Positions 8,803 to 20,841 are shown, counted from the first letter of the stretch. The stretch: DNA of 64,000 nt from Spartobacteria bacterium (GCA_947482345.1 CANKJN010000005.1:102-64101), one strand, 5' to 3'. The notes: a model not told the origin generated them from the sequence alone. Numbers and translations are program-made.

Positions 8803-11109
8803 TTAAAAGCGTTTCTGCTGGGCCATGGAGAACCAGTCGCCGCCCCCCGTTCCGGGCTTTCCCGAGTCGTTGCGCATGTAGCGGCTTAAGTCCTCTTTCC
8901 TTCCTCCTCGATCGGTGCCAGGGGCTCCCTTCGGCTGGCGCGGCGAGAGATCGACCTTGGTCTTGAGGGAGAGGGCGATGCGCTTGCGCGGCAGGTCGAC
9001 CTCCATGACGGTGGTCTGGACTTTCTGGCCGACCTTAAGGAACTCCGCGGGGTTCTTCACGAAGTCGTCGCTGATCTGACTGATGTGGACGAGTCCGTCC
9101 TGATGGACGCCGATGTCGACGAAGGCGCCGAAGGCCGTGACATTCGTCACGATGCCGGGGAGCTTCATGCCCGGCTGGAGGTCCTCCATCTTCTCAACCC
9201 CGTCGGCGAAGCTGAATGCCTCGAACTGCTCGCGCGGGTCGCGGCCGGGCTTGGAAAGCTCGGCGATGATGTCCTTGAGGGTGGGAAGGCCCACCTCCGG
9301 GGTGACATAGCGTTCGGGATTGATGGCGGCACGCTTGGCGGGATCACGCAGGAGATCCTGCACCGTGCAGCCGAGATCCGCAGCCATGCGGTCGACGAGT
9401 TCGTAGCGCTCGGGATGGACGGCACTGGCATCGAGCGGGTGGGCGCCGTCGCGGATGCGCAGGAAGCCCGCGGCCTGCTCGTAGGCCTTGGGTCCGAGGC
9501 CGCTGACCTTGAGGAGTTCCTGGCGTGACTTGAAGGGGCCGCTGGTGTCGCGGTGGGTGACGATGCTGGCGGCGGTGCGGGAGTTGAGCCCCGAGACGTA
9601 GGCAAGGAGGTGTCTGGAGGCGGTGTTAAGCTCCACTCCGACCTTGTTCACGCAGGAGATCACGACATCGTCCAGGGAACGCTTCAGCGCGGCCTGATCG
9701 ACATCGTGCTGGTACTGGCCGACGCCGATTGATTTCGGATCGAGCTTCACCAGCTCGGCGAGCGGATCCATGAGGCGGCGGCCAATGGAGACGGCTCCGC
9801 GGACGGTGAGGTCGAGGTCGGGGAACTCCTCGCGGGCAATCTCGCTTGCCGAGTAGATCGAGGCGCCGCTCTCGCTGACGACGACGATCTGGATAGAGGA
9901 GGGGAGCTTGAGCTTCTTGACGAATGCCTCGGTCTCGCGCGAGGCGGTGCCGTTGCCGATGGCGATCGCCTCGACCTTGTGCAGGCGGACCATGTTCAGG
10001 ATGGCCTCAGCTGCCTCGAGTTCCTCGCCGCGGCTTCTGCCCGGATAGATGACCTCGTTGGCGAGGAGCTTTCCCTGACGGTCGAGCAGGACAACCTTGC
10101 ATCCGGTGCGGAAGCCCGGATCGATGCCGAGGGTGATCTTCTGGCCGAGAGGGGAGGCGAGAAGGAGTTCGCGGAGATTGTCGGCGAAGACACGGATCGC
10201 CTCCTCGTCGGCCTTCTTCTTGTAGAAGCCGCGCGCCTCCACCTCCATGGCGAATCCGACAAGTCGCTTGAGGCAGTCGTCGCAGGCGAGTTTCACCTGC
10301 TCGGATGCCTTGGAGTTCCCCCGCACGAAGAGTCCGTAGAGGGTGCCAAGCGCCTCGCTCTCAGGAGGTGTCAGCCGGGTGTAGAGGAATCCCTCGGTCT
10401 CTCCGCGTCGCATTGCGAGAATCCTGTGGGAAGGGGCCGTGGCGGCCGGTTCGTTCCAGTCGAAGTAGTCCTTAAACTTGGCTCCCTCCTCTTCCTTGCC
10501 CGAGACGAGGGTCGATTTGATGACCCCCTTGTTGAGGTAGAGACTTCGGAGTTGGGCGCGGGCGGTGGCATCGTCGTTGATCCGTTCGGCCAGGATGTCG
10601 CGTGCTCCGGCGAGGACGGCTGCCACGCTGTCGACCGTCGAGGTCTTGGCATCGACGGTGACGGAGTTCCCGACGTAGGGGGCGGCGAGCGCCTCGGGGT
10701 CGGTGGCCGGATCCTGTGCCCAGAGAATTTCGGAAAGCGGCTCCAGACCGAGTTCCTTGGCGATGGTCGCTCGCGTCCTTTTTCTCGGCTTGAATGGGAG
10801 GTAGATGTCCTCGAGGGAATTCAGGGTTGCTGCACTCTCGACCTTGGCCCTGAGTTCCTCGGTCAGGAGCTTGCGTTCCTCGAGTGAGGAAATGATCGAC
10901 TCGCGCCGCTTGTCGAGGGTTTCAAGCTGCTCGAGGCGGTCGCGGATCGCGGTGATCTTCACCTCATCGAGTTCACCTGTCCGCTCCTTGCGGTAACGGG
11001 CGATGAAGGGGACGGTGGCCCCCTCCTCAAGAAGGACGGCTGTGGCGGCGACCTGACGGGCCTGAAGCCCGAGTTCCTGGGTAATCTGGACAAGGTGTTT
11101 TTCGATCAT
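8803..11109 (-). CDS. tex: Tex/YhgF RNA-binding transcriptional accessory protein
   Basis: GATVPFIARYRKERTG, GIDPGFRTGCK, IGVGQYQHDV, C-terminal S1 domain (FGAFVDIGVHQDGLVHIS). Confidence 0.96.
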   Translation of the reverse strand: MIEKHLVQITQELGLQARQVAATAVLLEEGATVPFIARYRKERTGELDEVKITAIRDRLEQLETLDKRRESIISSLEERKLLTEELRAKVESAATLNSLEDIYLPFKPRKRTRATIAKELGLEPLSEILWAQDPATDPEALAAPYVGNSVTVDAKTSTVDSVAAVLAGARDILAERINDDATARAQLRSLYLNKGVIKSTLVSGKEEEGAKFKDYFDWNEPAATAPSHRILAMRRGETEGFLYTRLTPPESEALGTLYGLFVRGNSKASEQVKLACDDCLKRLVGFAMEVEARGFYKKKADEEAIRVFADNLRELLLASPLGQKITLGIDPGFRTGCKVVLLDRQGKLLANEVIYPGRSRGEELEAAEAILNMVRLHKVEAIAIGNGTASRETEAFVKKLKLPSSIQIVVVSESGASIYSASEIAREEFPDLDLTVRGAVSIGRRLMDPLAELVKLDPKSIGVGQYQHDVDQAALKRSLDDVVISCVNKVGVELNTASRHLLAYVSGLNSRTAASIVTHRDTSGPFKSRQELLKVSGLGPKAYEQAAGFLRIRDGAHPLDASAVHPERYELVDRMAADLGCTVQDLLRDPAKRAAINPERYVTPEVGLPTLKDIIAELSKPGRDPREQFEAFSFADGVEKMEDLQPGMKLPGIVTNVTAFGAFVDIGVHQDGLVHISQISDDFVKNPAEFLKVGQKVQTTVMEVDLPRKRIALSLKTKVDLSPRQPKGAPGTDRGGRKEDLSRYMRNDSGKPGTGGGDWFSMAQQKRF

Positions 11110-11159
11110 TGTGAAAGGTGGTTAGGCTGAAGGCGGTTAGACTGTTAGGCAAAAAGACT

Positions 11160-11187
11160 CACAGGGATGAAGGGGATAAAGGGGATG
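11160..11187. repeat. CACAGGGATGAAGGGGAT-type repeat; inverted copy at 62287-62314
   Basis: CACAGGGATGAAGGGGATAAAGGGGATG against the reverse complement of CATCCCTTTCATCCCCTTCATCCCTGTG. Confidence 0.7.
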
Positions 11188-11269
11188 TAAAATGCTGAAT
11201 GATGAAGGAAGTAGTCAAAGGTCGGATGGCTGAATCAATCAACAAAAAGGATGATGGGGATTTCCGATT

Positions 11270-11971
11270 TCAGCTTTTCAGCTTTTCCGGAGAGGGATTG
11301 AAGATGCGGAACCAGTTGCCGAAATTCTTTTTCATCGCCTCGGAGAAGGGGAGGTAGTTGGCGTTCAGGGTGCCTCCCTTGGGGATCGTCTGGAGGAGGG
11401 CGGCTAGGGAAAGCTCCTGCAGGTCGTAGGCCGTTGAGGAGATCCCTGCCGCCGAGGCATGATGGGCATCGCTGCCCGCCGTGGCGGCGAGACCGCGTCG
11501 GGATGCGTAGTCGGCGGCCTCCCTGTTGAAGCGCTTGAAACTGACGGCCGCGTTGAAGGTCTCGAGCGCCGCCAGGTCGAGGTCGTCGAGAACCTCCTCG
11601 CGGATTCCGGCCCGGAACCTGTCATAGGGATGGGGCGCGACGGCGACACCCCCGCGCTCCAGGATGGCGGCGACGACTTCGCCGGCCGGTTTTCCCTTCA
11701 TGTACGGGAGGGTGGTGCCGATGCAGAGAAGGTGGCCGTCGGCCGTGGAGACCTCGACTCCCGGGACGATCAGGAATCCCTCCACGGGTTGGCCGTCGGG
11801 TCGGATGAGCCCCTTGCGGGTGAGATGCTCGACCGCCTCGCAGGTATTGTGGTCGGTGAGGGCAATGCCATTCAATCCTCTGCGTTTGGCCGCCCCCACC
11901 ATTGCCTCGGGCGAACTGCAGGCATCCGCCGAGTAATGGGTGTGCAGGTGAAGATCAAAGGAGTAGAGCAT
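11270..11971 (-). CDS. PHP-domain metal-dependent phosphoesterase
   Basis: DLHLHTHYS, IALTDHN, GVEVSTADGH, PHPY, GSDAH. Confidence 0.9.
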   Translation of the reverse strand: MLYSFDLHLHTHYSADACSSPEAMVGAAKRRGLNGIALTDHNTCEAVEHLTRKGLIRPDGQPVEGFLIVPGVEVSTADGHLLCIGTTLPYMKGKPAGEVVAAILERGGVAVAPHPYDRFRAGIREEVLDDLDLAALETFNAAVSFKRFNREAADYASRRGLAATAGSDAHHASAAGISSTAYDLQELSLAALLQTIPKGGTLNANYLPFSEAMKKNFGNWFRIFNPSPEKLKS

Positions 11972-12089
11972 GGGTGGAAGCCGATAATCTCACCCGAATC
12001 ATGGGTCCCTGAAAAGGGAAACTGGGCCGCGCTACAAGATTCATTTCATTTTGAATTGAAAAATCACAAACTTCTGCTTTGTTGACCCT

Positions 12090-12662
12090 ATGCCTCAGGC
12101 TTCAACGGCCAAGGCGAGCACTGCGCCACTAGGACAGAGAAAGGCGAACGGATCTTCGGACCATCCGCCAAGTGCGGCAGCATCGCCGGATGCCTTGGCC
12201 GATATCCAAAAGGGGATGGCCGGCATCTTCGCCGACTTAGCGGATCTTCTTGGGAATCCTTCCTCCTTGGGATCCATCTACGGCCTGCTCTTCGCCACAC
12301 CGGAACCCCTCTCAATGGATGAGATCGTCGAGCGATTGGATATCAGCACCGGAACGGCCAGTCAGGGGCTTCGACGGCTCGTGGAGCTCGACGCCGTGGT
12401 TCCAAGCAAGGGCGATGGAGAGCGTGTCACCCGCTACTCGGCCAAGCTGGAGCTCCGGCCATTTGTCTCCATGTTTCTGAACCAGCAACTCCTTCCGCGC
12501 CTCGGCAAGTCGTCCGATCGCCTTGCCGATCTGGAACGTGCCTTGGAGGGTCTCAGCCCATCCGATCAGGAAATTCTCCGATTTCGGATCGGGCGTGCCG
12601 CGAAATGGCACAGGAGGGCCGGAATGTTCCTTCCCCTCATCCAGAAGTTTCTGAGAGGATAA
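12090..12662 (+). CDS. GbsR/MarR-family transcriptional regulator
   Basis: SLGSIYGLLFATPEPLSMDEIVERLDISTGTASQGLRRL winged HTH. Confidence 0.82.
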   Translation: MPQASTAKASTAPLGQRKANGSSDHPPSAAASPDALADIQKGMAGIFADLADLLGNPSSLGSIYGLLFATPEPLSMDEIVERLDISTGTASQGLRRLVELDAVVPSKGDGERVTRYSAKLELRPFVSMFLNQQLLPRLGKSSDRLADLERALEGLSPSDQEILRFRIGRAAKWHRRAGMFLPLIQKFLRG

Positions 12663-12665
12663 CAG

Positions 12666-13811
<1,146 letters not shown>

Positions 13812-13854
13812 AGAAGGGAGGATTAAGGAACCGCGCGCTTCCTTAAGGATTGTG

Positions 13855-14115
13855 CCTTCGACGTTCGTCTCTCGTCCTTAGACATCCTGAGATTGCTGAT
13901 TGTTAATTGTTGATTTTTTATCCCTCGATTGACGGCACTTTGCGCCCACAAAGCGGTGCCGCCCCCTTGGGGTCCCGCATCCGCGGGATCTGCCGCGTCA
14001 CCTCCAGGTGACTTGGCTCTCGACCTTCGTCCTTTGACCTCCTGAGATTGTTAATTGTTGATTGTTGATTACTGCCCCCTGACCTCCGACCTCCGACCTC
14101 CGACCTCTGATCCCT
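13855..14115. repeat. Mosaic heptamer-rich intergenic repeat block
   Basis: GATTGCT/AATTGTT/GACCTCC tandem heptamers. Shares a GTCTCTCGTCC...CTGAGATTGCTGATT segment with 16170-16480. Confidence 0.8.
13925..13997. repeat. REP-like palindromic repeat family C; inverted diverged copy at 35643-35714
   Basis: CACTTTGCGCCCACAAAGCGGTG...GGTCCCGC...GCGGGATC aligns by eye with the reverse complement of 35643-35714. Confidence 0.65.
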
Positions 14116-14228
14116 CCCGATCTCCCATTACCCATCCCCACCCACTCTGCGGGATCCTCCCCCATCAGCTCCTTCCTTCCATTCTCTTCACCAATTGACT
14201 TAGTCTGGTCTTAGTCTACCTTGACCTT

Positions 14229-14468
14229 ATGATCGTCACAATCCACGAAGCAAAAACACATCTTTCCCGCCTGCTCCATAGGGTGGAAGAGGGAGAGGAG
14301 GTTGTTGTCTGCCGGGGCAAGCATCCGGTGGCCCGCCTTGTGCCGGCCATCGCCACTCCGCGTCAGCGTCCGCGCGTGGGGGAGCCCACATCCGAGCCTT
14401 TCAGGATACCTGCCGACGCATTCTCTCCGATGAGCGCTGAAGAGTTGAAGGATTGGGGGATTGCGTGA
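14229..14468 (+). CDS. Phd/YefM-family antitoxin
   Basis: VTIHEAKTHLSRLLHRVEEGEEVVV. Confidence 0.92.
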   Translation: MIVTIHEAKTHLSRLLHRVEEGEEVVVCRGKHPVARLVPAIATPRQRPRVGEPTSEPFRIPADAFSPMSAEELKDWGIA

Positions 14469-14851
14469 GGATCCTGCTCGATACATGCACCTTCATCTGG
14501 CTGACCAGCGATCCCGGACAACTCGGACCCGCCGCCAAAGCCGCACTTGAGGATCCTCACAAAGAGAGATTTTTGAGCCTGGCCTCCATCTGGGAAACCG
14601 TATTGAAGCACAATACCGGCAAACTGCCGCTTCCCCGGTTACCGGAAGAGTGGATCGAGGAACAAGCCCAAATCCAGGACATCACGATACTGAATCTGGA
14701 ACGAGGTGTTATCTACAGGTCGGGAAAACTCCCCCCCGTCCATCGGGATCCATTCGACAGAATGATCGCTGCCGATTCCCTGATTCACAAAATGCCCATC
14801 CTGACACCCGACGGACCATATCGTGAGTATGGATGCGAAGTCATCTGGTAA
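14465..14851 (+). CDS. vapC: VapC PIN-domain toxin
   Basis: ILLDTCTFIW, SLASIWE, HRDPFDRMIAA. GTG start overlaps the antitoxin stop. Confidence 0.92.
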   Translation: MRILLDTCTFIWLTSDPGQLGPAAKAALEDPHKERFLSLASIWETVLKHNTGKLPLPRLPEEWIEEQAQIQDITILNLERGVIYRSGKLPPVHRDPFDRMIAADSLIHKMPILTPDGPYREYGCEVIW

Positions 14852-15009
14852 CCTACAACTCAGCCCTGCGCACCTTCAGCCTGAAGATTTCTCGCGCAAA
14901 GACGCAGAGAACGCAGAGGGAGAAGCCCAGAGGCTTGGTTCGACCTAGATTTTATCAGCAATAAAAACGCTAGAACTGATTGCGTATTGCATGTAATACG
15001 CAAGTTCAT

Positions 15010-16161
15010 ATGGCGGATATCAAAAGACTTTTAAGCCTTCCCGTAAGGGAAAAAGAGACGTTTTTTCTCTGGGGAGCTCGCCAGACCGGCAAGAGCACCC
15101 TGCTCAGATCAGCATATCCCGAAGCGAGGTGGGTGGACATGCTCAAGGCTGAGACCTTCCGCAGATACTCTACCAATCCGGAATACCTCAGGGAGGAGCT
15201 GGAACAGAGTGGGGAGAAGTTTGTCGTCATTGATGAAATCCAGAAAGTTCCCGCACTGCTTGACGAGGTGCAGTGGCTGCATGAGAACCGCCGCATCCAG
15301 TTTGCCCTTTGTGGATCAAGTGCCCGCAAACTCAAGCGCGGTCACGGCAACCTTCTCGGAGGTCGTGGTGCACGATTCGAGTTGTTTGGGCTGAGTGCCC
15401 GGGAACTGGGGCGGGATTTTGATCTTCACCGGATGTTGAATCACGGCACCCTTCCCAGGATCTACCTCACGGAGACACCCGGACGTCTGCTCAATGCCTA
15501 CGTGTCCGAATACTTGAAGGAGGAAGTCATGGCCGAGGGATTGGTGCGGCACCTGCCTCCATTCTCCAATTTCCTGAACGCCGCCGCCCTCTCGGACACC
15601 GAACAGGTGAACTACACCAACATAGCCCGCGAACTCGGCGTCTCACGCGAGACCGTAAGCGGGTATTTCGGGATCCTCGAGGATACCCTGATCGGTCACC
15701 TGGTACCCTCATACCGCAAGCGCCCCAAACGCCGCGTCGTCTCCGCGGACAGGTTCTATTTTTCCGACGTCGGAGTGGCAAACTTTCTTGCTCGGAGGGG
15801 CAAGGTCGTTCCGGGATCGGAACTCTACGGAAAGGCCTTTGAGAATTGGGTCTTTCATGAGTTGAGATGCTACGACTCCTACCGGGAACGATTCGCGGGG
15901 TTCTCCTACTGGCGTCTCAGTTCGGGAATCGAGGTGGACTTCGTGATCAATGATCTGGAGTGCGCCATCGAGTGCAAGTCCGCAGCCGTGGTTACTGATA
16001 AACACCTCAAAGGCCTCCGCGAATTGGCCAAAGACTACCCCAAGATCAAACGTCGCATCCTCATTGCACAGGAGCCACATTCCCGCCGCACCCCGGATGG
16101 TATCGAAATCCTGAACATCGAATCATTCCTCGATGAGCTCTGGGAGGGAAAGCTTTTCTAA
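15010..16161 (+). CDS. AAA_14 ATPase with DUF4143-type C-terminal domain
   Basis: GARQTGKST, IDEIQK, LCGSS, KAFENWV, EVDFV, IECKS. Confidence 0.88.
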   Translation: MADIKRLLSLPVREKETFFLWGARQTGKSTLLRSAYPEARWVDMLKAETFRRYSTNPEYLREELEQSGEKFVVIDEIQKVPALLDEVQWLHENRRIQFALCGSSARKLKRGHGNLLGGRGARFELFGLSARELGRDFDLHRMLNHGTLPRIYLTETPGRLLNAYVSEYLKEEVMAEGLVRHLPPFSNFLNAAALSDTEQVNYTNIARELGVSRETVSGYFGILEDTLIGHLVPSYRKRPKRRVVSADRFYFSDVGVANFLARRGKVVPGSELYGKAFENWVFHELRCYDSYRERFAGFSYWRLSSGIEVDFVINDLECAIECKSAAVVTDKHLKGLRELAKDYPKIKRRILIAQEPHSRRTPDGIEILNIESFLDELWEGKLF

Positions 16162-16169
16162 AATAGACC

Positions 16170-16480
16170 TTCGACTTTGGTCTCTCGTCCCTTGACCTCC
16201 TGAGATTGCTGATTTTTTACCCCTCGACTATCGACCTTCGTCCTTCGACTCACATGATTGCTGATTGCTCCCCGCAGATCCCCCTTCTGAATCAACAATT
16301 ACCAATGATGAATTAGCAATTTCACCCACCTTCGCACTTAGCCACCTTTAGCCTTTCCACTTTTTACTTCCCCCTGATCTCCGACCTCTGACCTCCGACC
16401 TCCGACCTTCGACAACGGAGATTGCTGATTGTAGATTGCTGATTTTTTATCTCTCGACTATCGACCTTCGTCCTTCGCCT
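16170..16480. repeat. Mosaic heptamer-rich intergenic repeat block
   Basis: CCGACCT x4, GATTGCT repeats, and two copies of TTTTTA(C/T)C(C/T)CTCGACTATCGACCTTCGTCCTTCG. Confidence 0.8.
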
Positions 16481-16531
16481 TAAGCGCTACCTCCTGGCTA
16501 CCAACTCCTACGCCGACGGCACCCTCTTTCC

Positions 16532-18088
16532 GTGAGTAATCTCAATACCCAGCGACTCGGCCTTTTTCTTGTGATGGGGCTGGGCATACTTTTTGCGCTC
16601 TTTGCAGGGAATTACGTGGCCGAAGAGGATTACACTCCCATTGCCATCGTGTTCGGAGGACTAGTGGCTATCACTCTGGTCTTCAGTGTCGGTACCAATG
16701 CCTATCTGCTTATACCGATGTGCTGGCCCTTGATAGGCACTATTCATCTTCTGCCGCTGCCGTTTAATGTGCGACAGATCGCCATGATCTTTGCCAGTCT
16801 CATCTTTGTTTCCGGCGTCATTTTCAAGAGGGCTGGGGGTAAAAAAGTCCCGTTTGATATCCTCGATCTCTGGGTTTGGATCAATGTGGGATACTTAGTG
16901 ACAGTCTTTTTTAGAAACCCTGTCGGGATCAATGCCTTGGGGGGGGATCGTGTCGGAGGGAGGCCATACGTTGATGTCGCACTTGGATTCATGGCCTATC
17001 TAATCCTGAGGCGGGAGACCATTTCCCCAAAGATGGCACGGCTGATTCCTTTAGTTTGGCTATCGGGCGAGATTATTAATGGAATGGGTGGACTAGTCGG
17101 TCTTTACTTTCCTTCCATTGGTTCACAAATAGGAATGCTTTACAGCAGCTTCCTTCCAGGCTTTGGTAAAGAGCAGGTGGGGGCCATTGTCGGAGAAGAT
17201 CGTTTAGTTTCGTTGCAAGGGGCAGGTGCAACTTTGGCTCTGTACATTATCTGCAGTGTAAATCCGACGCATCTGATCCGCCCTCAAAACATGGTGAAGT
17301 TGTTTGGATATTTGCTAGGAGTCCTTCTCGTCATGCTTAGCGGGTTCAGAAATGCGCTCTTTAACGTTTTTCTCATGACGGCCTTTGGTGCCATGATGGG
17401 AGATCGCTTTATCGGTATCCTTAAGGTTATTGTAATTGTATTTTTGGGGGCATTAGCAGGTGTTCTATTCAGTTACAGCAGCATCAATCTTCCATGGACC
17501 TTCCAGCGCACCCTCTCATTTCTGCCTGGCAACTGGGATCCGACGGCCGTTGAGGCGGCAAAGGGCAGTTCAGAATGGCGCTATGAGATGTGGAGGTCAG
17601 CGCTGAGTACCGACAGATATATCCACAACAAGCTCTTGGGCGATGGGTTCGGAATGTCCCGTCAGGACTATGAGCGCGTTCTGGACGCCAGTCTTGGTGG
17701 AGTCGGCTTCATCGGTGAGAGTGCTACACAGGAGCAATTCATGGTCAGCGGCCAGTTTCATAGCGGCCCGGTCTCTTCAATACGATTTGTAGGCTATGTT
17801 GGATTAGCGCTTTTTCTCATCCTCTTATTCATGTTGGCACAGACTGCATACCGCATGACTCTGAAATCTCGCGAAACTCCTTATCTTTTTATATCAATGT
17901 TTATAGGTATTCCTGTAATTATTTATCCTATCTTTTTCCTATTTGTCTTTGGTGCCTATGAGCATGATATCATCAATATGTTATTTTTTGTAGGAATGAT
18001 CAAAATGATCAATGCCTCACTGAGGAAATATCATGAAGATTCGGAAAAAAGTAACATGATCCCTCCAGCACCAAGTCTCTCGCTCTAA
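16532..18088 (+). CDS. Wzy/O-antigen ligase-like polysaccharide polymerase
   Basis: Polytopic membrane protein with SGFRN, a periplasmic loop (SSEWRYEMW...LLGDGFG) and FHSG...GYVG. GTG start. Confidence 0.75.
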   Translation: MSNLNTQRLGLFLVMGLGILFALFAGNYVAEEDYTPIAIVFGGLVAITLVFSVGTNAYLLIPMCWPLIGTIHLLPLPFNVRQIAMIFASLIFVSGVIFKRAGGKKVPFDILDLWVWINVGYLVTVFFRNPVGINALGGDRVGGRPYVDVALGFMAYLILRRETISPKMARLIPLVWLSGEIINGMGGLVGLYFPSIGSQIGMLYSSFLPGFGKEQVGAIVGEDRLVSLQGAGATLALYIICSVNPTHLIRPQNMVKLFGYLLGVLLVMLSGFRNALFNVFLMTAFGAMMGDRFIGILKVIVIVFLGALAGVLFSYSSINLPWTFQRTLSFLPGNWDPTAVEAAKGSSEWRYEMWRSALSTDRYIHNKLLGDGFGMSRQDYERVLDASLGGVGFIGESATQEQFMVSGQFHSGPVSSIRFVGYVGLALFLILLFMLAQTAYRMTLKSRETPYLFISMFIGIPVIIYPIFFLFVFGAYEHDIINMLFFVGMIKMINASLRKYHEDSEKSNMIPPAPSLSL

Positions 18089-19587
18089 TGGTTACACGAT
18101 CCAAGCGATTTGCTACAGGAGTCGTCACGTCCTATGGAGCGATCTTGATCAATGTCTTCTACACGGTTTTTAGTGTCCGGTTGGCTCTGCACTATCTGGG
18201 CAAGGAGGAGTTTGGGCTCTGGGCGCTCGCCCTACAGATCTCCGGGTATATGGTATTACTCGAGTTAGGTATGTCATCTGCTATCAGCCGATTCCTTGCC
18301 GATCATAAGGATGATGTGAATGGAGACGAGTATGGTAGCCTGCTACTGACAGGTAGCATAGTTTTTGCGCTCCAGGGGGGCATAATAGCGATTGCGGGAG
18401 CAGCATTCTCCTTTGTCGCACCGGCCTTATTCCATGTTCCCCCCGCTCTGGCATCGGACTTCAGGTGGGTGCTGGTGATCAGCACCTCCCTCTCCGGATT
18501 CACCATTGCTACGCGCAGTGTTGGAGGGCCTCTCTGGGCCTTTCAGCGGATGGATATCACCAATCTCCTGGCGATCATGACGCTCGTACTCGGCTATGGA
18601 GCGCTGTGGTTGGGATTCAGGGCGGGATATGGAATCTACAGCCTGGCTTATGCCGGCATTCCAACCGCAATATTATCGCCAGTCATTATCTGCATCGTCT
18701 GTATAAGAAAAGGCTATTACCCAGCACGCGGCTCCTGGGGGAGGCCGCAGTGGGGGCTCTTCAAGAAACTTTTTTCTTTTGGCAAGGACGTGCTTCTGAT
18801 GTCGATTGGATCTCAATTGGTGAATGCCTCGCAGATCATGATCCTGAGCCGTTTTGTCGGTCTCGATGCGGCGGCGACCTTCTCCGTCGGGACGAAGTTC
18901 TACACGATGGGGCAGCAGTTTGTTGGGAAGGTTTTGGAGAATTCAGCACCTGCTCTTACGGAGATTTTTGTCAGGGGGGACAGGATTAGATTTAACGAAC
19001 GGTTCTGGAATGTCGTGAGCGTGACGGCATTTCTAGCAACAATTGGTGCGGCAGGACTTATGATGGGGAATCAGATACTGGTCACCTTCTGGACATCGGG
19101 AGTCATACACTGGAGTCTCGGCGCGGATGTGATTCTTGTAGCCCTTCTGCTAGTCACCTCACTCTCTCGCTGTTTTGTGAGCATCTTTGGTCTGGTTAGG
19201 GATCTCAGACCTGTACGATACATTTACTTCCTTGAAGGGTGCGTGTTCATCCTGCTCGCTCTTCCTGCCGTTAGGCAATTTGGAGTGATCGGTGTCTTGG
19301 CATCATCCCTCGTAGCCCATCTCTCCGTTACAATGGTCATCTCGAGTCGGGTTGCTACCGCATGGCTGGATTCGATGAGACCACTCGTACACATAATATG
19401 GAGCACTCTAGTGATCACTCTTGTGGTTCTTGTAGTGGCTGTTGCTATCAATTATTTTCATCCTTCAACAATCGTTGTCATTCCTCTCTCACTCCTCATC
19501 ATCCTCTCCGTTACCGTAGCAGTTTGGTTGATAATCCTCCCCAAAAAAATAAGGCAGGACATCTTCATTAGAATAAAAAACGCATGA
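18088..19587 (+). CDS. Wzx-like polysaccharide flippase
   Basis: LGKEEFGLW...LELGMSSAISRF, many hydrophobic segments, translationally coupled to the polymerase. Confidence 0.85.
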   Translation: MVTRSKRFATGVVTSYGAILINVFYTVFSVRLALHYLGKEEFGLWALALQISGYMVLLELGMSSAISRFLADHKDDVNGDEYGSLLLTGSIVFALQGGIIAIAGAAFSFVAPALFHVPPALASDFRWVLVISTSLSGFTIATRSVGGPLWAFQRMDITNLLAIMTLVLGYGALWLGFRAGYGIYSLAYAGIPTAILSPVIICIVCIRKGYYPARGSWGRPQWGLFKKLFSFGKDVLLMSIGSQLVNASQIMILSRFVGLDAAATFSVGTKFYTMGQQFVGKVLENSAPALTEIFVRGDRIRFNERFWNVVSVTAFLATIGAAGLMMGNQILVTFWTSGVIHWSLGADVILVALLLVTSLSRCFVSIFGLVRDLRPVRYIYFLEGCVFILLALPAVRQFGVIGVLASSLVAHLSVTMVISSRVATAWLDSMRPLVHIIWSTLVITLVVLVVAVAINYFHPSTIVVIPLSLLIILSVTVAVWLIILPKKIRQDIFIRIKNA

Positions 19588-19638
19588 ACAAATCAATACG
19601 GCTAGAACCAAGCACTTTTTTAACAACATAATTAAAAC

Positions 19639-20820
19639 GTGGCCAAGACAATCTCTAAACCAAAATTGCTCTATGTGGTCGATCCACCATTATCAGTTCC
19701 TGGCGGAATCAGCGTTTTGGCCCAAGTTTTTATTGAAGAGTTCGCAAATGATTATCAGATATATATACTATCAAGCGATCCTCCAGATTTCTTGAGGACC
19801 CATAAAATCGGGATTTTAATTGCTGATCATATTGAATGGAAACCTGCATCAGCCTCTCCAAGCTTCAGATATTTTAATTATGTGAAAGAAATCGCTTTGG
19901 AGGCTTTTAAGCTTGGAATTGACTTGGCTCATTTCCAAACAAATCTCTACAACTTCGGGAATCGATTCTTGGGAATGTCCCTTTCCCGCCAACTTCGCAA
20001 AAGAGGAATTCCTAGCATTTGGACAAATCATGCCATTGTTTCTCCGCTTGATGGATACGGCGGATTCACTCAATCACAGCTTGAAAAATGCTTGTTATTT
20101 CCTGTAGCATGGGTTGGGAAGTTCAACCAATTACAAAATACCGTGTATGAGATCCAAGTCTCAGAATTCAACCTGCGCACAATGCGCCGTGTCTGGTTTC
20201 CTTTCCGAGAGAAATTTCTTAAGATCTACCATTCAAAGATTAATTCAGCTGATGCGAACTACCTTCCTAGAAAACACACAATCTTAAATGTGGGCTACAT
20301 TTCATTCATCAAACGTCAAGACCTACTTGTTAAAGCATTTCTTAAGATTGCTGCAAGCTTCCCAAGTTGGGAATTACACTTGGCGGGACACGATACCAAT
20401 GACGGATGCCGATCGGAGATTTTAAAGTTAATTGAAAAATCCCCTTTGAAGGAAAAGATCCACTTCCTAGGTTCAGTATCTGACCCAGGTCCTGCCATGA
20501 AATCTTGTGGCATCTACGCCCATTGTTCAGACTTTGAAAGCCTAGGCCTTGCGCTCCAAGAAGCCATGTCTTATGGCTGCCCAATCGTGGCATCTAATAT
20601 TCCAGCCAATCGTGAGTTGCTCGCCCTACCAGACAGCGGACTACTATTTGAACATGGCAATGAGGATGATCTGGCGGTGCAATTAGAAACACTGATTGCT
20701 AGCACCGATCTAAGACTAAATATTGGACGCCAAGCGAGAAAACGATTTTTAGAATCGGGTATGAACCGTTCAACAATGCTTGATAAATACAAGTCTTTAT
20801 ATCAAAACATTCTAAACTAA
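19639..20820 (+). CDS. GT4 glycosyltransferase
   Basis: KRQDLLVKAF, FESLGLALQEAMSYGCPIVASNI. Confidence 0.88.
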   Translation: MAKTISKPKLLYVVDPPLSVPGGISVLAQVFIEEFANDYQIYILSSDPPDFLRTHKIGILIADHIEWKPASASPSFRYFNYVKEIALEAFKLGIDLAHFQTNLYNFGNRFLGMSLSRQLRKRGIPSIWTNHAIVSPLDGYGGFTQSQLEKCLLFPVAWVGKFNQLQNTVYEIQVSEFNLRTMRRVWFPFREKFLKIYHSKINSADANYLPRKHTILNVGYISFIKRQDLLVKAFLKIAASFPSWELHLAGHDTNDGCRSEILKLIEKSPLKEKIHFLGSVSDPGPAMKSCGIYAHCSDFESLGLALQEAMSYGCPIVASNIPANRELLALPDSGLLFEHGNEDDLAVQLETLIASTDLRLNIGRQARKRFLESGMNRSTMLDKYKSLYQNILN

Positions 20821-20841
20821 TACAAGTACAAATCTAACACC

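Noticed and set aside
9085-10887. Long antisense ORFs opposite tex, and similar ones opposite mlaF, amtB, the ABC exporter, hlyD (55223-56650) and galE (56647-57765)
   Set aside because: Shadow ORFs expected from high-GC codon bias; no recognisable motifs.
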